A DNA stretch of 64,000 bases from Gemmatimonadales bacterium (GTDB lineage: Bacteria; Gemmatimonadota; Gemmatimonadetes; Gemmatimonadales; GWC2-71-9). Below, piece after piece: positions 9,206 through 17,120 of the stretch. Below the pieces are notes generated by a model that saw only the letters and a program-made list of their open reading frames with translations, had not been told where the DNA came from and made no database searches. The position numbers were made by a program, and so were the translations under genes. The stretch spans positions 19,150-83,149 of the forward strand of contig DATJXC010000008.1 in the NCBI GenBank assembly GCA_035500495.1. The letters run 5' to 3'. Numbering within the stretch: position 1 is the stretch's first letter; every line of letters begins with the position of its first letter.

Positions 9206-10516
9206 CTACCGACGCCGCTTCCAAAACAGGTACGCCGGCGTCCCCGCCAGCACGATCCCCACGCCGGCCAGCCCCTGGACCGGCCGGGCTACGATCGTGT
9301 TCAGCACGATGGCTCCCGCCGCGACGATAAACAGGGCCGGAGTCCACGGGTATCCCGGAACCCTGAAAGGCCGGGGCATTTCGGGGCGCCGCTTCCGCAA
9401 CACGAACACGCTCGCGGCGGCCAGGGCGGCAAACAGCCAGCTCGCAAAAACGACGTAGGTGAAGAGCTGTTCGAACGTACCGGTGAGGGTCAACAGCATG
9501 GCCCAGGCGGTACCGGTGACGATGGCGACGGCCGGCGTCCCATATCGGGGGTGCACCTGGGCCAGGCGGCGGAAGAATACCCCGTCCTGCGCCATGGCGA
9601 AGTAACAGCGCGGCCCCGTGAGGGCGAGGCCGTTGGTGGCGCTGAACATCGAAACCAGGATGGCCACGGTGATGACCTTGGCGACACCCGGCCCCGCCAG
9701 AACGCGCACCGCGTCCGCGGCCACGTGGTCGGTGGAGGCGACCGCCTGCGGTCCGAGCGCCGCCAGGTAGCCGAGGTTCGCGGTGAGGTAGATGACGATC
9801 AGCGCGGCCGTGCCGATCACGATGCCGCGGGCGAAATTGCGCTGCGGGTCGATCGTCTCTCCCGCGGAATTCGTGACGTTCTGCCAGCCTTCGTACGCCC
9901 ACAATACGGCGAGCATGCCGACGCCCGCTCCGGACAAGAGTGCTCCGGTGACGGGAGTGGTGAAGCTCTGTTGCGCCGCGGCGGTCCATCCGTGGCCCAG
10001 GGCGAATGCGGCGATCGACAGCACCACAATGACGCCGACCTTCACCCCGGTGCTCCAGTTCTGGACGGTGGCCGCGCGCCGCGTGCCGCGCACATTCACG
10101 ATCGCGACGGCCGCGAGCATCCCCAGGGCGACCAACCGATGGGCGACGGGTCCCAGCGGCACGATCTGGCCGGCGTAATTGGCGAAGGCGACGGCGAGCG
10201 TGGCCTGCGAACCCGTGCTGATGGCCAGGAACAACGTCCAGCCCAGGAGAAACGCGAGAAAGGGCCCGAAGGCTTCGCGAACGTAGGCGTAGCTGCCCCC
10301 GGCCTCGGGGATCATCGCACCCAGCTCGCCGAAGGTCAGCGCACCCAAGAGCGAGCATACCCCCCCGATCAGCCACACGAGCAGGGCGACCCCGACGTCG
10401 CCACCCACGTCGCGCAGCACGGCGCCGGGGACGAGCCAGATCCCCGACCCGATGACGGTGCCGACGACGACCAGCACGAGGTCGCCGAGTCGGAGGGTGC
10501 GTCGGAGATCGGACAA
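9206..10516 (-). CDS. APC-family amino acid permease
   Basis: 436-aa polytopic membrane ORF (about 12 TM) with N-terminus LVVVGTVIGSGIWLVPG, as in the APC superfamily. Confidence 0.85.
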   Translation of the reverse strand: MSDLRRTLRLGDLVLVVVGTVIGSGIWLVPGAVLRDVGGDVGVALLVWLIGGVCSLLGALTFGELGAMIPEAGGSYAYVREAFGPFLAFLLGWTLFLAISTGSQATLAVAFANYAGQIVPLGPVAHRLVALGMLAAVAIVNVRGTRRAATVQNWSTGVKVGVIVVLSIAAFALGHGWTAAAQQSFTTPVTGALLSGAGVGMLAVLWAYEGWQNVTNSAGETIDPQRNFARGIVIGTAALIVIYLTANLGYLAALGPQAVASTDHVAADAVRVLAGPGVAKVITVAILVSMFSATNGLALTGPRCYFAMAQDGVFFRRLAQVHPRYGTPAVAIVTGTAWAMLLTLTGTFEQLFTYVVFASWLFAALAAASVFVLRKRRPEMPRPFRVPGYPWTPALFIVAAGAIVLNTIVARPVQGLAGVGIVLAGTPAYLFWKRRR

Positions 10517-10520
10517 GTGT

Positions 10521-11561
10521 CTAGAGGCGTTCCAGGACCGCGGTTGCTACGGCCGCGGTGCTCGCGGCGCCACCCAAGTCCGGTGTCCGGGCGCCTTTGG
10601 CGAGCGCGCCCCGGACGGCCTGCTCGACGGCGTGTGCGGCTTCGGGGTGGCCGAGCTGCTCGAACAGCAGAGCGCCGGTGAGCATGGCCGCCATCGGATT
10701 CGCCACCCCCTTACCGGCGAGGAGGGGCGCCGAGCCATGGACCGGCTCGAACAGGCCGGGACGCCCGGGGTGCAGGTTCGCGCTGGCCGCGAGTCCCAGG
10801 CCGCCGACGAGTCCGGCGCCCAGGTCCGAGAGGATGTCGCCGTAGAGATTGTTGGTGACGATCACCTGAAACCGCTGGGGCTCGCGGACCATTTCCATCG
10901 CCAGCGCGTCGACGAAGCGATGCTCGGCCGTGACGCCCGGATAATCCGCGGCGACCGCCTTGAACTTCTCTTGCCAGACGCGGTGCGCGGGGACCGCGTT
11001 GGACTTGTCGCTCATGGTGATCCGCGTCTTGCCGTGGGCCCTGGCCCAGTCGAAGGCGGCGCGGATGATCCGCTCGACGCCCTTCCCGGTATTCACCTCC
11101 TCGGCGATGTACTCATCCCCTTCCGTTCGCCCCCTCCCGAGGTAGACGCCCTCGGTGTTCTCCCGGAAGATGACGAAATCGATCCCTCGACCGTCCTTGA
11201 CCGTCTTCAAAGGCGTGAGGTCGGGATGCAGCAGTTGGACCGGCCGAAAGTTGATATAGAGATCGAGCCGGAACCGCAGGCCGAGGAGGATGTCGCGCGC
11301 GTGCTCGTTCTTGGGGATCCGCGGGTCGCCGACCGCGCCGAGGAGAATCGCGTCGACGTCGTCGCGCAGGTGTCGGAAGGCGTGGTCGGGGAGCGTTTCT
11401 TTGGTCTTGAGATAGTGATCGGCGCCGTAGGGCAGCCGTTCCCAGACGAGCCCGAACCCGTGCTGCGACGCGGCCCGATCCAGAACGGGGATCGCGGCCT
11501 CGATCACCTCCGGCCCGATGCCGTCGCCCGCGATGACGGCGACACGATGGGAAGGAGCCAT
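10521..11561 (-). CDS. Isocitrate/isopropylmalate dehydrogenase family protein (3-IPM or tartrate dehydrogenase-like)
   Basis: VAVIAGDGIGPEV N-terminus and NLYGDILSDLGAGLVGGLGLAASAN motif. The exact substrate cannot be told from sequence alone. Confidence 0.85.
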   Translation of the reverse strand: MAPSHRVAVIAGDGIGPEVIEAAIPVLDRAASQHGFGLVWERLPYGADHYLKTKETLPDHAFRHLRDDVDAILLGAVGDPRIPKNEHARDILLGLRFRLDLYINFRPVQLLHPDLTPLKTVKDGRGIDFVIFRENTEGVYLGRGRTEGDEYIAEEVNTGKGVERIIRAAFDWARAHGKTRITMSDKSNAVPAHRVWQEKFKAVAADYPGVTAEHRFVDALAMEMVREPQRFQVIVTNNLYGDILSDLGAGLVGGLGLAASANLHPGRPGLFEPVHGSAPLLAGKGVANPMAAMLTGALLFEQLGHPEAAHAVEQAVRGALAKGARTPDLGGAASTAAVATAVLERL

Positions 11562-11571
11562 CAGCGGCTCC

Positions 11572-12252
11572 TCACTCGAATCCCGTGGCGCGTCCGCACC
11601 CGATGCAGTACGCCCATCCCACGTCCACTTCGCTACCGCACGCGGGGCACTTCAGCTCGCCGGATGGCGGCTGGCCGCAATGCGGGCAGAAGTTGACCTT
11701 GCGGGACGTGGGAAGGGAGCCGCCGCAGTAGGGGCATTGATTGGGCGCGTGCGCCTCGGTGTCGGCCAGCTCGAAGGTCGGCTCAGAATGGGGAGAGGGG
11801 AGAGGGGAGAGGGAAACCGGCGGGATCGGGTTTTCTGACGTCCAACTGATCGGCTCGCTCTCGTCTTCCGCTTCGGCGGACGCCTCGACCGGCGGCGCGA
11901 ACGCGGCCTGTCCCCGCAGGAATCGCTCGGCCGCCATGCGGTTCACCAGCACGCGGCTGTCGGGAAAGTTCCGGAACAGACCGGTCTCCGGATTGACCGC
12001 CGTGACTTCCCGCTGGAAGCCTTCGCGCACGTCGTCCGGATCGAGGTGCACATAAGACCGCTCACCGGCGAGCAGGCGCAGCACCGTCATCTCGTAATCC
12101 TGATGGCTCGCCACGCGCAGCGTCGAGCGGTTGGAGCGATACGGGACGAGCCGCTCGTAGACCTCGGACGCCGCGAACGGAATGGCGAGCCGCGCGTCCT
12201 TGGCCAGCGCCCGCACCAGCAGCTCGAATAGCCGATCCAGTTCGTCAGGCAT
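11572..12252 (-). CDS. Hypothetical protein with a C-terminal double zinc-ribbon
   Basis: C-terminus CPYCGGSL...FCPHCG...KCPACGSEV...YCIGCG. The linker contains a heptamer-array-encoded segment (PVSLSPLPSPHS). Confidence 0.6.
   Translation of the reverse strand: MPDELDRLFELLVRALAKDARLAIPFAASEVYERLVPYRSNRSTLRVASHQDYEMTVLRLLAGERSYVHLDPDDVREGFQREVTAVNPETGLFRNFPDSRVLVNRMAAERFLRGQAAFAPPVEASAEAEDESEPISWTSENPIPPVSLSPLPSPHSEPTFELADTEAHAPNQCPYCGGSLPTSRKVNFCPHCGQPPSGELKCPACGSEVDVGWAYCIGCGRATGFE
11790..11817. repeat. Single-arm tandem heptamer array (GGGGAGA)3 + GGGAAAC inside a CDS
   Basis: Plus strand reads ggggaga ggggaga ggggaga gggaaac, within gene 11572..12252. A degenerate complementary stretch (ctcgctctcgtcttccgcttc) follows about 40 nt to the right. 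Confidence 0.7.
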
Positions 12253-12270
12253 GATTCACCGGCTCCCGAA

Positions 12271-12328
12271 GTACCTCACCCCCTGACCCCCTCCCCGTAA
12301 CCGGAGAGGGGGCCGGGGAGTGAGGTAC
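12271..12328. repeat. C-rich/G-rich imperfect inverted repeat (hairpin) built from heptamer-like units
   Basis: gtacctcaccccctgaccccctcc (12271-12294) pairs with ggagagggggccggggagtgaggtac (12303-12328) at about 21 of 24 positions. It lies between the cupredoxin gene stop (12352) and the zinc-ribbon gene start (12252). Confidence 0.8.
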
Positions 12329-12351
12329 CAACGAGTGGAAACCAGAGGTGC

Positions 12352-13425
12352 TCATTTCACCACCACCACGCCCTTCATGAAGGGATGCGGCAGGCAGTGG
12401 TAGCGGTACACCCCCGGCTTGGCGAACCGCTTGGTGTAGGTCCCGCCGGCGGCGATTTCTCCCGAGCCCACCTCCTGGGGATCATCGAAGGTCACGGTGT
12501 GGACCAGCGGATCCTGATTGCTCCACCGCACGGCCTGGCCGGCCTGGATCGCCACGGAATCGGTGCGGAATCCCATCGAGCGCACCTCGATCGTAGCCTC
12601 CACCGGCCCGCTTTCTCCCGGCGCCGCGTGGCTGTTCTCCTTCCCGAACCACGGCCCGAACCGCTTCAAGTGCAGCGGAATCGTGAACTCGAAGCCGTAC
12701 AACACCGCCTTGGCGCAGAGCGACTTGGGACAGCCGATGGAGGCTCCCTGGATCGTGGTGCTGAGGGCGTTGCTCGCCTGCAGCGAGAAGGTGTGGGGTG
12801 CACCGGGAATCTGGAAACTGATCGCCGCGCTCCAGGCCGCGAGCACCGTCGGGTTCAGGAACGAAGCGACGTCGCCGCTGAACGCGATGTACCGGGTGAC
12901 GCGCACGACGGCACCCCCGGCCAGGGCCCCGCGGGCCTTGTTGCTGGAGCCCAGGCCGTGCTGGGCCATCCGGATCGAGCCCGACAACGTGAGCGGGCGC
13001 CAGTTCCAATCCACTTGCACGTCGCCGTCCACGCTCTGAGCCGCAAAATTGTACGCCGGGGTGAACGACACGTTGACCCCCGGCTGTCCTTCCGCTCCGC
13101 CCCACACGCGCCAGCGCGCGAACACCTCGGTTTCATTCGTGGAGGTCGCGTTCGCCAGGTCGTAGTAGTGGATTCCCTTCGTGGCGAACAGCGTCCCCAG
13201 GGAGAGTCCATGCCCGATCCCGGCCGCCAGCGTGAAGGTGGGGAAATTGTTGAACCCGTTGGCCGGCGACGGGGAAACGTAGAACCGGTGCAGAAAGTTG
13301 AACTGCACCACCGCCGCGTCGGGCACCCACGTCCCCCCCATATTCGGGGAGCGGTAGAGGAGGGACTGGGCCGAGAGGGGGGAGGCGAGGGACGCGAGCG
13401 CGAGACCGACGACGACTCGTTTCAT
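12352..13425 (-). CDS. Secreted protein: beta-barrel-like N-terminal domain fused to a C-terminal type-1 copper (cupredoxin) domain
   Basis: Signal peptide MKRVVVGLALASLASPLSAQS. About 260 aa of alternating beta-strand-like sequence. C-terminal plastocyanin-like domain with candidate Cu ligands H (LVHTVTF) and C-x2-H-x2-M (YHCLPHPFM). Confidence 0.75.
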   Translation of the reverse strand: MKRVVVGLALASLASPLSAQSLLYRSPNMGGTWVPDAAVVQFNFLHRFYVSPSPANGFNNFPTFTLAAGIGHGLSLGTLFATKGIHYYDLANATSTNETEVFARWRVWGGAEGQPGVNVSFTPAYNFAAQSVDGDVQVDWNWRPLTLSGSIRMAQHGLGSSNKARGALAGGAVVRVTRYIAFSGDVASFLNPTVLAAWSAAISFQIPGAPHTFSLQASNALSTTIQGASIGCPKSLCAKAVLYGFEFTIPLHLKRFGPWFGKENSHAAPGESGPVEATIEVRSMGFRTDSVAIQAGQAVRWSNQDPLVHTVTFDDPQEVGSGEIAAGGTYTKRFAKPGVYRYHCLPHPFMKGVVVVK

Positions 13426-13460
13426 GGTTACGGCTCCCGGAGTGGGATGTGTAACAATCT

Positions 13461-13562
13461 ATTGCGGATTGCGGATTGCGGATTGCGGAATAGCTGGTAA
13501 GGCTCGCATCGCCAGTTCGAACTGTCCACTCAATCCGCAATCCGCAATCGACAATCCGCAAT
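13461..13562. repeat. Inverted tandem-heptamer hairpin element: (ATTGCGG)4 + about 40-nt spacer + (CAATCCG)4
   Basis: Left arm 13461-13491 has four perfect ATTGCGG units. Right arm 13531-13562 is caatccg caatccg caatcga caatccg caat. The element lies between the dCMP deaminase stop (13567) and the cupredoxin gene start (13425). Confidence 0.9.
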
Positions 13563-13566
13563 TGTC

Positions 13567-14070
13567 TCACCTCCACTCCCTCACCCACCGATCATACAAC
13601 ACCGGCACGACGCCGCCCTGCTGCAGGACCTCGATTCCCGACGGGTCACGATAGGCGCGGCGATAGAAGAGGTGCGTCACGCCGGAGTTGATGATCAGCT
13701 TGGCGCACATCACGCATGGAGAAGCGCTCACGAAGACGACTTTGTCGCGCACGATCCCGGGGGCCTTCACCAGGGCATTCATCTCCGAATGGATGCAGCC
13801 GCAGCTCCCCGGCACGGCGGAATCGCAGCGGTTGGGGAGCCCCCGCGCGTTGCCGTTGTAGCCGATCGCCACGACGTTTTCGAGGCGCTGATCGGTCACG
13901 ACCGTGCCGACCTGGAGCCGGACGCAGGTGGAGCGCTTGGCCAGCTCCTCGGCCATCCGCATGTACACCTCGTACAGCGGAATCCGGTCGACGGCCGGTT
14001 GCGGCGTTCCCTCGGGAAGCAGATTGAGGCTGTGCGTGTTGGCCGCCACGCCATCCTTATAAACGGTCAT
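13567..14070 (-). CDS. dCMP deaminase (CMP/dCMP-type zinc deaminase)
   Basis: Motifs HSEMNA and PCVMCAK. The Arg-rich first 98 aa of track ORF 13567..14364 overlap rnhA in another frame and are discarded; start set at ATG 14070 (MTVYKDG). Confidence 0.88.
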   Translation of the reverse strand: MTVYKDGVAANTHSLNLLPEGTPQPAVDRIPLYEVYMRMAEELAKRSTCVRLQVGTVVTDQRLENVVAIGYNGNARGLPNRCDSAVPGSCGCIHSEMNALVKAPGIVRDKVVFVSASPCVMCAKLIINSGVTHLFYRRAYRDPSGIEVLQQGGVVPVLYDRWVREWR

Positions 14071-14644
14071 AGATCTCCCGGTCGGGATCGAACTGGGCAA
14101 ACCGGCCGCGGGCCTGCTGCGTCGTGAGCCACGTTTCCAGATCCGAAGGCACGAGCCCGTTGGAGCGCTCCTGCCGCTCGGCCGCCCGCGTCGCCAGAAG
14201 ATCGGCGTACTCGTTCTTCGCCGAATCGGCATGTCCGCGTACCCATTCCCAGCGGACCTCGTGGGCCAGGGCCGCCTGATCGAGCTTCTGCCACAGCTCG
14301 AGGTTCTCGATCGGCCCGCTCTTGCGCCGCCACCCGCGCGCCTTCCACGCCGGCATCCATTCATTCATCCCCTTCACCAGGTACTCCGAGTCGGAAACGT
14401 AGAAGATCTGGGCGTGCTGCCACTGCCGGCGAATCCACTCGAGCGCGGCGATGGCGCCCGCGAGCGCCATGCGATTGTTGGTGGTGGCGGGGGAGCAGTC
14501 GAAGAAGTCGAACCGGGCGACGCTGTCGCCGGCGCGGAACTCGATGAGCGCGCCGTTGCCGCCCGGACTCGGCACGTCGCTGCGGTTGCCGAGGCAGCTC
14601 TCGTCCGCGTGGACCAGCACCGGGGTCGGAGGTCGCGCGGTCAC
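14057..14644 (-). CDS. rnhA: Ribonuclease HI
   Basis: RNase H fold motifs (VHADESCLGN, TNNRMALAGAIAAL, YVSDSEYLV, VRGHADSAKNEYAD), followed by a C-terminal extension. Confidence 0.88.
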   Translation of the reverse strand: MTARPPTPVLVHADESCLGNRSDVPSPGGNGALIEFRAGDSVARFDFFDCSPATTNNRMALAGAIAALEWIRRQWQHAQIFYVSDSEYLVKGMNEWMPAWKARGWRRKSGPIENLELWQKLDQAALAHEVRWEWVRGHADSAKNEYADLLATRAAERQERSNGLVPSDLETWLTTQQARGRFAQFDPDREIYDRL

Positions 14645-15396
14645 GGCTGGATCACCACCGGAATGACGGTCTGAGTCAAGATCTCTTCCGCGTGAGAGGC
14701 GAGTCGCGGCGCTCCCAGACGGCTGCGAGGCACGTGGGCTCCTGCGAAGAGGGCGTCGGCCCGGGCCTCACGAACCACCCGGGCGACCACGTCGGCGGGC
14801 TCGCCCGCCTCGACATGGGACACGAACGATACTCCGAGAAGCGACAGGGCGGCTTCGGCTCCGCCCAGGATCGCCACCCCCGCCGCCCGATCGGCGTTGG
14901 CGTGAATGACATGAACCGTGCTGCCGACCACACTCGCGAAGCGCCCGGCGAGCTGCAGGGCGCGGGTGTTGCGGCCGTCCCAGGCCACCGCGCAGCTTCG
15001 CATCGGCGTGGGCACGGGACCGCAGACGATCACCGGGCGTCGCGCGAGCCGCACGACCGAAGCCGCCACCTTTCCGAGCACCCCGGCGCCAGGCCGGGTC
15101 GCCGAGCCATGGCGTCCGATCAAGGTCGCATCCACGTCGCCCGCCAGTTCGGCGAGCGTCGCGTCGGGCGCGCCATGGCGGACCAGGCTTTCGCCCTTGA
15201 GCCCGCCCGCCTCCACCCGAAAGGCGCCCCGGGCCGCGAGCTGCTCCGCCTCCCCGCTACCCTCTCCCGCCTCCCGTGCCGCCACGCACGCCACCAGGAT
15301 CGTCGACCGGAACCGCCGCCCCAGGATCACCGCCTGTTCGAGTGCCGCATCCGCCTGGGGGCTTTCGTCGAGCCCGACCAGCAGCCGGGTGAACAT
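14641..15396 (-). CDS. Universal stress protein (tandem Usp domains)
   Basis: 251-aa ORF with two Usp-like halves (LLVGLDESPQADAAL..., RRPVIVCGP, VIPVVIQP). Confidence 0.75.
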   Translation of the reverse strand: MFTRLLVGLDESPQADAALEQAVILGRRFRSTILVACVAAREAGEGSGEAEQLAARGAFRVEAGGLKGESLVRHGAPDATLAELAGDVDATLIGRHGSATRPGAGVLGKVAASVVRLARRPVIVCGPVPTPMRSCAVAWDGRNTRALQLAGRFASVVGSTVHVIHANADRAAGVAILGGAEAALSLLGVSFVSHVEAGEPADVVARVVREARADALFAGAHVPRSRLGAPRLASHAEEILTQTVIPVVIQP

Positions 15397-15401
15397 GGCC
15401 G

Positions 15402-15638
15402 CTAGGGCAGCACGGCGAAGGATTCCAGCTCCCGCAGCCGGAAGGTCAGCACCTCACCGGTCATCGGTAGCCTCGCGTGCAGCCGCTCGTCGGGGTCGCT
15501 CGTATCCAGACGCACGGCGACCACGACGTATTCGTTGCCCCGGCGCATCAGGGCGACCCGGCGTTGCTCCCGGACCGCCGTTTCCAGCGCGTCCAGCGCC
15601 TCGGGGGTGAGCGCGCGGAATTCCCGGATCGGGTTCAT
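15402..15638 (-). CDS. Hypothetical small protein (78 aa)
   Basis: ORF with GC3 bias, tightly packed between selD (4-nt gap) and the Usp gene (5-nt gap). No recognisable motif. Confidence 0.5.
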   Translation of the reverse strand: MNPIREFRALTPEALDALETAVREQRRVALMRRGNEYVVVAVRLDTSDPDERLHARLPMTGEVLTFRLRELESFAVLP

Positions 15639-15642
15639 CGCC

Positions 15643-16683
15643 TCACCGGACCACGATCGTGCCGGGTTCGCCCGCGACGACGCGCCCGATCACCGCCGCA
15701 ACCGGCGTTCGCTCCCGTTGTAACGCCTTGACGAGCGAGTCCGCGCGACTCTCCGGCACGGCGAGGAGGAGTCCGCCGGACGTTTGGGCATCGGCCAACA
15801 ATACCCGGATCTCGGGCGGGACGTGCTCCGTGAAGCGGACGGTTCCGGTCAGCGCCTCCAGATTGCGCGATGTGCCACCCGGGACGCTCCCCTTGGCGGC
15901 CAGCTCCCCGGCCCGTGGAAACAGCGGCACGTCGGCCGCGATGATTTCCGCCGCCGCGCCACTGGCTCGGAGCAGGCTGTGGAGATGGCCGAGCAGGCCG
16001 AACCCGGTGACGTCGGTAGCCGCATCGACGCCGGTCGCCACCGCGGCGCGAGCGGCCCCGGCGTTGAGCGTCGCCATCACCGCGACGACCGGGGCCAGCG
16101 ACGCGGCGTCGAGCAGGTCGCGTTTCAGGGCGGTCGTCAAGATCCCCGTGCCGATCGGCTTGGTGAGCACCAGCACGTCCCCTGGACGAGCCCCGGCGTT
16201 GGTCACGATGCGGTCGGGATGCACCTCGCCGATCGCGACCATCCCGTATTTCGGCTCCGGATCGTCCACCGAATGCCCGCCCAGCAGGAAGGCCCCCGCC
16301 TCCCGCGCCACATCCGCCCCTCCGCGGAGCACCTCGCCCAGGAGATCGAGCGGCAGTTTTTCTCGAGGCCAGGCGACCAGGTTCAAGGCGAAGAGCGGGG
16401 TCCCTCCCATCGCGTAAACGTCGGAGAACGCGTTCGCGGCCGCGATCCGGCCGAAGTCGTAGGCGTCGTCCACGATGGGCGTGAAAAAGTCCACGGTCGC
16501 CACGATCGCCCGTTCCGGCGCCACCTGAAACACGGCGGCATCATCGCGGCTCGATGCGTCGACCAGGATCCGGGGATCCGTCGCGTGCGGCACGTGACGC
16601 AGGACCTGCGTCAACTCGGCTGGCCCGAGCTTACAGGCTCAGCCGGCGCCGTGCGAGAAGGCCGTGAGGCGATAGGCGGTCAT
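15643..16683 (-). CDS. selD: Selenide, water dikinase SelD, with in-frame UGA (selenocysteine) at codon 15
   Basis: Track ORF 15643..16614 lacks the catalytic N-terminus. Extending upstream in frame gives ATG 16683 and MTAYRLTAFSHGAG-U-ACKLGPAELTQVLRHV, with TGA at 16641..16639. This aligns with the conserved SelD motif SHGAGCGCK, where Cys or Sec occupies this position. Confidence 0.9.
16603..16641 (-). other. UGA-Sec codon plus candidate bacterial SECIS hairpin
   Basis: The mRNA just 3' of the UGA can fold. Lower stem: GCCUGU (16638-16633) pairs with GCAGGU (16609-16604). Upper stem: 7 bp, AGCUCGG (16631-16625) with CCGAGUU (16619-16613). Apical loop: GCCAG. Confidence 0.5.
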
Positions 16684-16700
16684 GGTGTGCGAAATATGGC

Positions 16701-16794
16701 GCAAACGGACAAACAGCAAAGAGCAAAGAGCAATTAACTAGAGAACAACGATCCAGCCTCTTGACCTTCGCTCCTTGCTCTTTGCTCCTTGGCT
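16701..16794. repeat. Inverted tandem-heptamer element: (AGCAAAG-like)5 + spacer + (YTTGCTC-like)4
   Basis: Left arm is gcaaacg gacaaac agcaaag agcaaag agcaatt (16701-16735). Right arm is ttcgctc cttgctc tttgctc cttggct (16767-16794). The element fills the gap between the stop of gene 16797..17120 and the selD start. Confidence 0.8.
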
Positions 16795-16796
16795 TC

Positions 16797-17120
16797 TTAC
16801 CGCAGCCGCCATGCGAGCATCCCCCCGGCCCCGACATAGCGCACGACGGTCACGAGCACCGACACGAGGCCCGGACGACCGGGAAGCCCGGCGGCGAGCA
16901 GCCCGATCAGGGCGAACAGGAGCCACCATCCCCCGTGCCCGAGGGAATCGAACCACAACGAGGCGACCAGGGTTATGACCACACTCTCGCCGAGCGTGGC
17001 GAAGACCCAGGCGCGCGTCGGCGTGATGGTCGTGATCCGGAGCCGCGGGGCCAGCCATCCCACGAGAAGAAACCAGACGGCGACCGGGAGCCACGCGAGG
17101 AAGAGTCGGGGGAGCGTCAA
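16797..17120 (-). CDS. Small integral membrane protein (about 107 aa, 3-4 TM)
   Basis: The hydrophobic C-terminal part of track ORF 16797..17543. TTG 17120..17118 overlaps the TGA of the upstream amidohydrolase (TTGA). The rest of the listed ORF is Arg-rich shadow overlapping that gene. Confidence 0.55.
   Translation of the reverse strand: MTLPRLFLAWLPVAVWFLLVGWLAPRLRITTITPTRAWVFATLGESVVITLVASLWFDSLGHGGWWLLFALIGLLAAGLPGRPGLVSVLVTVVRYVGAGGMLAWRLR

Noticed and set aside
8028-10681. Long ORFs 8028..9458 (+), 9150..10376 (-) and 9164..10681 (+)
   Set aside because: They overlap the thiolase and APC permease genes in wrong frames or strands. The compositions are Arg/Gly/Pro-rich, consistent with shadows.
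13567-13590. Period-7-like sequence (GGTGGGTGAGGGAGTGGAGGTGA on the minus strand) at the 3' end of the dCMP deaminase gene as an extension of the adjacent heptamer element
   Set aside because: The periodicity is too degenerate to distinguish from chance, and the region encodes a plausible C-terminus (DRWVREWR).
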